The notes under the pieces: model-generated
What the model saw: only the letters and a program-made list of their open reading frames with translations
Told to the model about the DNA's origin: nothing
The model's database searches: none
Made by a program: the position numbers and the translations under genes
DNA from: an uncultured Candidatus Saccharibacteria bacterium
GTDB taxonomy: Bacteria > Patescibacteriota > WWE3 > 2-01-FULL-39-13
DNA: 64,000 nucleotides
Direction: 5' to 3'
Assembly (NCBI GenBank): GCA_965230915.1
Contig: OZ246395.1
Location: forward strand, 140,019-204,018
Shown: piece after piece, positions 63,201 to 64,000 of the stretch
How positions within the stretch are numbered: position 1 is the stretch's first letter
How the letters are laid out: every line of letters begins with the position of its first letter

Positions 63201-64000
63201 TTACCAAATTCAAATATCGGTATTATAGATGCGATCAACGACGCATATAACGCAGCTGTCGGTACAAGCGGAGGTCTTTGGACATTGTCATCAGGAGTTA
63301 TCTCTCCAACAACAGCAACAAACGACTTCGCAATCGGCGGATCGACATTGGCTGCATCAATCTTTAGTATCGATGAATCAGCTGGAACATTCTTATTCGG
63401 TGGAGACCAATCAGCAAATCCAATATTGAGATTTGAAGCTACAGATAACGATACAGCTGATTTTGGATTCAATACAAACGACAGCTTCTATATCGCAGGT
63501 GGAAGTTTAGGTATCGGTTATTCAGCACCAGGATCAACCTTATCAGTATCCGGAAACCAGGCAATTGGTGCTAACTATGCAAGATTGGCAGCTCCAACTA
63601 ATGGATTAATCGTAGAAGGTAATGTTGCAATCGGATTAACAGCAACAAACTACAAATTAGCTATCGGTGGAACAGCTGCAACTCAGAACTTGGTATTAGG
63701 CGGAACACAGATTACATCATCTGCCGCAGAAATAAATGTATTGCAGGGTGTAAACACTGGAACACTAACAGGCTCAGAACTTAACTTTTTAGACGGCGCA
63801 ACTGTAACCGCCGGCGGAGTTGTTTATGGCGATGGAACAAAACTAACACAAAGCGCAACTAACTTCTTCTGGGATAGTACAAACTTAAGACTAGGAGTAG
63901 GAACTTCAGCTCCATCACAAAGATTCCAGGTAAATACAAATGATTCGCCATTCGTAGTGACAAGCACAGGTTCAGTTGGAATTGGAACTACTTCTCCGCA
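39210..64000 (+). CDS. Giant membrane-anchored fibre/adhesin-like protein (at least 8263 aa, 3'-truncated): MerR-like HTH, TM, tail-fibre-like repeats
   Basis: ATG at 39210. Hand translations at the start, 42894, 45000, 46575, 48336, 51024, 53520, 54945, 56346, 57708 and the end (GSVGIGTTSP) all fall in the same frame. The ORF track lists no closed ORF in this frame, consistent with no stop. Not every codon was read by hand. Confidence 0.92.
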   Translation, partial: MDTTNLDNLRDVNRLVPTDEIIKLAKDSGVKFGFGDARNRIRYFVKNGLLPHQVRKVLDGKITPHLPYSALERLIEIQDLQTTFKYTIPQLIEHFNDSNVKQERSKFEGSTPQPIDVPEEEIVDETVSSTSNTPVAPNSVIDATNAASANSIGSGDNNSSVIEEVKPQKNGGFQPIVGSEASKLEVANGKVNVGDLANDELENKTAKEVATKHVGKYALIAAGFLLLLIGVISPSLVSGKGINLGWLKNGLSDSFGFLQDKVNNDENAPAASGNLAQNVTDSTQVSSNTNTTNTQASVSIFGINIPAYFSNTTTFGSDVNFEGNLNIENQDINLGTGSILASNIIYTITGGNGMQVSAGQNPVITNTGVLSIGGESGDIELAAGEGIEVDGTQITNIGVLSLGGETGELELSAGADIDINGLQVALQPVLDTVEQINLPADSATALKFGGIGIGQAGTSVSTSGASLIGIYDNLVNSSASNLQLAVSDIDTAIGDRDYSFPHYISDGQTVTESLETLDSTIWGIVGGSIVWFDGGNYVYTSDSEYLGNPTSGGANKVTGLFLEDNAPITFGTSNNFTAVFDGTQFAMTDGSNIFMSLVDSGASANFAINRDDLFVAHDGKVGIGTTAPSSALHVIGSANITGQLTLGNVPTVGATSTVLTSSSGVISAMDVSSWDLDSSDDVTTFLGLTDTPASYAGAANYFVRVNGGGTALQFTDLSAWDQDSSDDLTGSGVDRFIPLWNSASDLVTSILYQESVTNNVGIGTTDPEYALDIVGDINTSTDLFVNNIALSSTGGAGLIGVDSTNIANSSATILQDVLEDLDASIQSGSHDPLTLAGSYDYLTLDGPNQVLTLNQIDLTTGTGDVTGLLGVTNGGLGANVSAAGAGELLFSTSTTAYDSLSAGSSNQILLSNGAASPSWVNLSTLISGGDDISVTGTTSLTVALEDNIDLISVNAASDAGISFYDNGSNLGMFIEDGGQIGVGRTNPEYTLDVSDTGRFGGQLTLASVPSSASNSVLVYGAGGIVSQRDASGWDTDASNDVTTFLGLTDTPSTYAGSANYIVRVNGATNALEFLDAAGWDQNAADDLTISGTANRSAKFNALGNNVMEGSIDDLYNAVAVTIDASGKVGIGTTGPQFALDVVGRIRATTDLMVGSVNLADNSSAASGASLIGVFDNSLTYVSGNTNVQSAIEQLDAAIATASVGDISAIGDVTSGDAFTSGGTQGTSLWFYDADGRGQLTIANLTGPQTYTLPDASGEISLLGQTIANNELVNSDITFNGDSGSAAISLGGDFDVIGGPGISTSISATTLTITNTDLGSTQNIFKNIAVSGQNTVVADANNDTMTLVAGTNVTITTDDTTDSVTINATDTNTTYTAGNGLTLAGTTFKFGGTISEDTRLFSATSGEILFVNDTTGNIGLGMTAPGYKLDINGTARVGGQLTLSNVPSTSNNNLVLTVNGGVVSSIDTSAWDTNASNDVTTFLGLTDAPDSYTGSETYLVRVKADGTGLEFVDPATVGGVNSVTNSDGTLTISPTTGAVVASLNLNQANAWLAAQTFSANTYFGGNGIWSSTGDVGIGTTAPAYKLDVVGGIRTTTDLFVGNIGLGTTQPTGSGASLVGVYNGNLTNSIATNVQSVLEDLDAAIAGSSHDAVTLAGAYDYLTLSGQQITLQQIDLTEDVIGVLPTSNGGTGLNIDPTAIADGQILIGNNAGDTFSLATITQGTGISITNGSGTITIANSDLGSSQNIFKNIAVNDQGTVSTDTNNDTLTLVAGTNVSITTDTGSDSITINATDTDTTYTAGNGLTLAGTTFKFGGTITEPTRLADGSFEYLFLNNANGRVGIGTTNSGSKLSVSGNQSIGSTYALLAAPTNGLIVEGNTGIGVTATIYQLEVGGTAAVQNLVLGGTQITTTGTEINLLSGLTSTSTELNYLDGTTVPAGAVMFGDGTKITNDISNFFFNDSTNRLGLGTSSPDATIDVAGTAWLRGNLSAEGLYVNSSGNVGIGGTAATSAPFFFNTSSGFATNLSSATALTVGANGTAYATFDTTLGSSSDLLSLNAPAGSTLGNLFAIYDNGSPVFKVSQNQIESAVPHTFTAAGDVSMSYDLNFTNPTAAYINFDGPGYIRTNNPSGNYDLTLSAANSGVVYIDDNLTISGTQLTLTNAAALDLAASTTALNIENGLLNLDSTNARVGIGTTVPGSTLSVAGNQAIGATYARLAAPTNGLIVEGNVGIGFTATNYKLAVAGTAAVSNFVLGGTQITATGAEINLLSGLTSTSSELNYLDGTTVVAGGVMFGDGTKIAQDTSNFFFDSASKRLAIGTSAANSGLTVMGSGSFGAGYSNIGISAPLNGLLVQGNVGIGMTNPGAFALNVNGNIKTSGDLFIGNIGLGTTNSATSSGAYLVGVFDEFDNSNSTNVQAVLNDLDAAIASSAGGSITGIGDVSSGDAFTAGGTSGTSLWFYDPQGRGQLTIANLTGAQTYTLPDASGEISLLGQTIGNAELDNSTITFNADTGTVASALGDSFAINGGPGISTEISGTTLTITNTDLGSSQNIFKNISVSGQGTVSTDTNNDTLTLVAGTNVTITTDTGSDSITINATDTNTTYTAGNGLTLATTTFKLGGTITEDTRLANGSFDYIFLNNSDGNVGIGTTGPLFKLDVNGTARFTGNVTLGSVPADSSNNVLVLDGSGVVSQRDISAFDQNASDDVTTFLGLTDTPSSYTGNETYLVRVNAAGNALEFIDPTTVGGVNSVANSDGTLTISPTTGNVVASINLNNANVWTGSQTFSANTYFPGSGVWDTSGDVGIGTTDPQYKLDVAGSINVLGFYLSGVALTSSADELNILDGATLSTSELNILDGVTSTAAEINYLDNSTVLAGGMVFGNGTNFTQDVSNVFYNSTTKRLGIGTSTPGNTLGVAGAAAIGSGYAGTGISAPANGLLVQGNVGIGTTNPAFKLDVNGDIRVVSGSDLYIGAIGMNDNASLSSGASLIGLYDDSMTYISGNTTVQDAIKQLDTAIASAATGDITAIGDVASGAAFTSGGTQGTSLWFYDPQGRGQLTIANLTGDQTYTLPDASGEISLLGQTIGNSELENSTITFAGDTGSNASALGTTFNIVGGTGIGTSVGGNNVSIINTDRGSSQSIFKNFAVSGQNTVVADANNDTLTLAAGSNITITTNDTTDTITIAATDTNTTYTAGNGLTLATTQFKLGGQITEPTRLFDGSNEYLYINPNTGNLGIGTTNSGYKLEVNGTFNAASGFYLAGSQVTSNASELNILDGATLNTTELNYLDGTTVVAGGITFGNGSYIAQDPADFFWNNTSNRLGLGTSAPTTTLDVAGTFRVTGNTTLGDASGDTVTSNAASWIFANATTIDLANSTAALSIEGGLLGFDSSNGRIGIGTTAPSKTLDVIGGIRTTDDLYVGLIGLNDNGSTSSGSSLIGLYDNSLVYISGNTTVQSAIEQLDAAIATTAGNQHDPVTLAGSLAYLTLNDQEITLNAIDLTTDVSGVLPLENGGTGKNIDGTAITNGQILIGNATTDGFDLATITQGTGISVTNGAGSITITNTDLGSSQNIFKNIAVNDQGTVSTDTNNDTLTLVAGTNVTITTDDTTDSITINATDTNTTYTAGNGLTLAGTVFKFGGTITEPTRLADGSFEYLFLNNANGRVGIGTTNSGSKLGIAGNVGIGNSYATYAAPANGLIVEGNIGVGFTATNYKLGVNGTAAVSNLVLGGTQITATGTEINKLSGLTSSTAELNILTGVTTNATELNYLTGSSVVSGGIVFGDGSKFTQDAANLFFNNTSKNLSIGSTAGGSRLSVNGGAAIGSGYIGTALSAPTNGLLVQGNVGIGTTNPGTYALNVNGTANANALSIGNLLLSANSTATSGGTLVGINDNSLTYVSANTNVQSAIEQLDAAMSSNFSGVITAIGDVTAGDAFTSGGTQGTSLWFYDAQGRGQLTIADLTSARTYTLPDASGEISLLGQTISNAELDNSTITFAGDTGSNASALGTTFNIVGGTGIGTSVGGNNVSIINTDRGSSQNIFKNFAVSGQNTVSTDTNNDTLTLVAGTNVTITTDDTTDSVTINATDTNTTYTAGNGLTLAGTTFKFGGTITEPTRLADGSFEYLFLNNGNGRVGIGATNSGSKLSVAGNVGIGNSYATYAAPANGLIVEGNTGLGVTATNFKLEVGGTAAVKNLVLGGTQITATGTELNKLTGATLSTTELNYLTGTTVTSGGVLFGDGTKITNDSANFFWNDSTNRLGLGTTAPGQQLELTGNILLQGSGKIYFDGPASTNYSISRSANRFRLDSADSFTIGLDSTGLTGDAFLNITDRNVSRVYMDANGLFGIGTSAPESLLTVKGNASIGSGYTGIGISSPLNGLLVQGNVGIGNTNPGAYALNVTGNQNISGTLTLGTVNSTSNNNQVLTVNNGVVSYIDTSGWDTNASNDISTFLGLTDTPSSYSGVGSQFVRVNAGESALEFVDLSAWDQNAADDLTISGTDNRIARFNAAGNNVENSSIDDAYTGGVALRIFANGTIGIGVTATNYQLAVGGTASVSNLVLGGTQLTVTGTELNLLSGLTATSSELNILDGATLSTAELNILDGATVTAAELNYLDNSSVLAGGLVFGNNSNFTQDVANIFWNDSTKRLGIGTSAPGQTLSVAGTFGIKEGGSSPHFFTAFQGGDQSADITYTLPVDDGSSDYVLVTDGNGVLSWQSVGGVGAGTGDITAVIAGGGLSGGASTGDATLDIGAGNGITVNADDIAIKLAISSGVGATASYSGLEVNSNGLSMLTGCGQGEILTWDDSNNIWKCASIASSGGITGTGTANYVPLWNTSSDLTNSVIYQTGSSLGIGTTVPGSNLSVSGNQAIGALYSRYAAPANGLIVEGNVGIGYTATNYKLAVAGTAAFSNLVLGGTQITATGTEINKLAGLTSSTSELNILTGVTANATEINYLDNSSVLAGGLVFGNGSNFTQDVGSIFFDSTNKRLGVGTSAPTSALSVNGGAAIGSGYAGGGVSAPTNGLLVQGRVGIGTTNPSSTYALDVNGSIRATSLNTASSTYQNALISNSGAFNVSVGGGSNLYMTLNGTSASDNYIVRTGTTDLFRVGGNGKVGIGTTAPESLLSVKGNQTIGAGYTGIGISAPVNGLLVQGVVGIGMTNPGAFGLNVGTGINTLDDLYVNSVGLNDNASTTSGASLIGLNDDSMTYISGNTTVQSAIKQLDTAISSGLGGTITAIGDVTSGDAFTSAGTQGTSLFFYDPQGHGQLTIANLTGDQTYTLPDASGEISLLGQTISNSELVNSDITFNGDSGSAAISLGGDIDVIGGPGISTSISGTTLTITNTDLGSTQNIFKNIAVSGQNTVVADANNDTMTLVAGTNVTITTDDTTDSITIAATDTNTTYTAGNGLTLASTTFKLGGTISEDTRLANGSFEYLFLNNANGRVGVGTTNSGSKLSVNGNQAIGATYASYAAPANGLIVEGNTGLGVTATIYKLEVGGTAAVKNLVLNGTQITATGTEINKLSGLTSSTAELNILTGVTTNGTELNYLDNSTVLAGGLVFGNGSNFTQDISNIFFNSTSKNLGIGTSAPGSRLSVAGGAAIGSGYVGSGLSAPTNGLLVQGNVGIGTTNPGTYALNVAGGVNVSTLSIGNLLLSANSTATSGATLVGLNDDSLTYVSGNTSVQDAIKQLDTAIATAATGDISAIGDVASGAAFTSGGTQGTSLWFYDPQGRGQLTIANLTGDQTYTLPDASGEISLLGQTISNAELDNSTITFAGDTGSNASALGTTFNIVGGTGIGTSVGGNIVSIINTDRGSSQSIFKNIAVSGQNTVVSDANNDTLTLAAGSNVTITTNDTTDTITIAATDTNTTYTAGNGLTLASTTFKLGGSITEPTRLSDGSFEYLFLNNGNGRVGIGTTNSGSKLGIAGNVGIGNSYATYAAPSNGLIVEGNVGLGVTATNFRLSVNGTAAVTNLVLGGTQITATGTEINLLSGLTSTSTELNYLDGTTITSGGVLFGDGSKITNDVSNFFFNSTTKRLAIGTSAANSGLTVNGSGSFGAGYSNIGISAPLNGLLVQGNVGIGTTNPGTYALNVAGTANVNALSIGNLLLSANSSATSGATLVGLNDNSLTYVSGNTNVQSAIEQLDAAIATAATGDISAIGDVTSGAAFTSGGTQGTSLWFYDADGRGQLTIDNLSAARTYTLPNASGEISLLGQTISNAELVNSDITFNGDSGSAAISLGGDFDVIGGPGISTSISGTTLTITNTDLGSTQNIFKNIAVSGQNTVVADANNDTITLVAGSNVTITTNDTTDTITIAATDTNTTYTAGNGLTLATTQFKLGGQITEPTRLFDGSNEYLYINPNTGNLGIGTTNSAYKLEVNGSFNAAGNFYLAGSQVTSSAAELNILDGVTSNATELNYLDNSTVVSGGMVFGNGSNFTQDAANIFYNSTTKRLAIGTSAANSGLTVNGSGSFGAGYSNIGISAPLNGLLVQGNVGIGTTNPSATLDVAGNIKLGTAGNSATITFPVTTSGSSFVPLIQSIYGSNALRMSMDSSNYIQILGSGGGANIQSGGSNFTLNGTAATFSLNGFGEVFRATSSGTVGIGTSVPGSKLSVSGNQAIGALYSRYAAPTDGLIVQGNVGIGYTATNYALGVNGTGNFSDLAIGGTLFSANSSATSGASLVGLNDDAMTYISSNTNVQSAIKQLDTAIASVSGSAITISGTDNRLARFNAAGNNVEDSSLNDLYTGGVALTIGANGNVGIGYTATNYRLAVAGTAALQNLVLGGTQITATGTEINKLSGLTSSTAELNILTGVTTNATELNYLDNSTVVSGGLVFGNGSNFTQDTSDLFWNSSLNRLGVGTSGPESTLTVKGGATIGAGYTGIGISAPTNGLLVQGNVGIGTTAPIQALDVSGSIRATGSGNFSGTVIAKAGSASDPAYQFQGLGNVGMYMVATGLGFSSAGLERMRIDVNGNVGIGTTAPSYKLDVNGDARVASGSDFYVGSIGLNDTAGTSTSGASLVGAFDEFAYSSSSNVQDVLDDLDAAIATVSGSALTISGTDNRIARFNAAGNNVEDSSLNDNYTGGVALTIDTEGDIGIGVTASIYKLNVNGSLNTTALSLGGSQVNSSAAEINVLQGVNTGTLTGSELNLVDGATATNGGLVFGNGTRFAQDAASLFWDDSNNRLGIGITAPAQALDVMGSIRSNGSYLINGNSNFILNGTTLNLGSNDAVIQAKWGSANLNIRSGDIGGYGTISFQRTNGTPITTMFIDALGNIGVGTTAPESRFTLAGNASIGSGYTAIGISAPTNGLLVQGNVGLGLTNPGSFNLNVNGTTRLGGALTLGTVNSTANNNQVLTVNSGVVSYIDTSTWDTDSSNDLTISGTDNRIARFNAAGTNVENSSINDNYTGGVALTIDAEGDVGIGVTASIYKLAVGGTASVSSLVLGGTQITATGTEINKLSGLTSSTSELNLLTGVNLTLSASEINTLDGITSSTAELNYVDNATVTSGGMVFGNGSNFTQDAANIFYNSTTKRLSIGTSAANSGLTVNGSGSFGAGYSNIGISAPLNGLLVQGNVGIGNTNPGGYALAVGGTANVSNLSIGGLLLNTNSSATSGGTLVGINDNSLTYISGNTNAQSAIEQLDAAIVSVASGASGLWTDAGTTTYLTTLTDNVGIGVTATNYKLAVSGTAAVSNLVLGGTQITATGTEINLLSGLTATSSELNILDGATLNTTELNYLDNSTVVSGGMVFGNGTNFTQDTANIFWNSTTKRFGIGTSAPRSALTVSGNGSFGAGYAAIGISAPLNGLLVEGNTGIGVTATIYKLEVGGTAAVKNLVLGGTQITSSATELNKLTGATLSTAELNYLTGTTVTNGGVLYGDGSKITNDVSNFFFNSTSKRLSIGTSAANSGLTVNGSGSFGAGYSNAGISAPLNGLIVQGNTGIGSSAPSALLSVGASNQFLVNSSGNIDRIGGVNHTISNNGGNLLLTGNGELQFDDSTLASAVQLTDLDNSLPNSNIGIIDAINDAYNAAVGTSGGLWTLSSGVISPTTATNDFAIGGSTLAASIFSIDESAGTFLFGGDQSANPILRFEATDNDTADFGFNTNDSFYIAGGSLGIGYSAPGSTLSVSGNQAIGANYARLAAPTNGLIVEGNVAIGLTATNYKLAIGGTAATQNLVLGGTQITSSAAEINVLQGVNTGTLTGSELNFLDGATVTAGGVVYGDGTKLTQSATNFFWDSTNLRLGVGTSAPSQRFQVNTNDSPFVVTSTGSVGIGTTSP
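42820..58220 (+). repeat. Seven copies of an about 190-aa intragenic module (GDVTSGDAFTSGGTQGTSLWFYD...YTAGNGLTL...TRL)
   Basis: The W/F codon of the L(W/F)FYD motif lies at 42894, 46575, 48336, 51024, 54945, 56346 and 57708. Partial copies lie near 44420 and 49880. Confidence 0.9.

Noticed and set aside
39476-63472. Dozens of short, mostly minus-strand ORFs in the ORF track
   Set aside because: They are shadows of the giant + strand gene; their repeats mirror its modules and they match no family.
39210-64000. Prophage tail region
   Set aside because: No terminase, capsid, portal, baseplate or integrase is present, and the protein has an HTH plus TM anchor beside cellular genes.

Overview
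AT-rich bacterial chromosomal window read in the standard code 11. Gene content and style suggest a Patescibacteria/CPR genome, possibly Microgenomates/WWE3-like (inference only). Bases 1-32.8 kb carry housekeeping and envelope genes: the clpC 3' end, radA, a PIN/TRAM protein, rho, a LysM-M23 peptidase, an O-antigen-ligase/TPR protein, obgE, leuS, split comEC, argS, ndk, tRNA-Arg(CCT), a sortase and a PEGA protein. Also here are several stand-alone orphan genes and a glgA-GH57-dual kinase-glgA alpha-glucan cluster. Bases 32.9-39.0 kb hold an atypical F-type ATPase cluster. It has alpha, gamma, beta, delta-like and b-like genes and an inverted, truncated epsilon, but no subunit a. In the subunit-c position sits a protein with a signal peptide, a fibre-chaperone-like domain and a c-like hairpin lacking the ion-carrying carboxylate. 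Next to it, and missing from the ORF track because it has no stop in the window, one giant ORF runs from 39210 past the end (at least 8263 aa). It has a MerR-like HTH, a TM helix and about 8000 aa of shuffled phage-tail-fibre-like repeats. The best candidate for an undescribed system is this pairing of an apparently ion-uncoupled F1-like motor with a membrane-anchored giant fibre carrying a DNA-binding domain. All family assignments come from motif recognition by eye; no searches were run.
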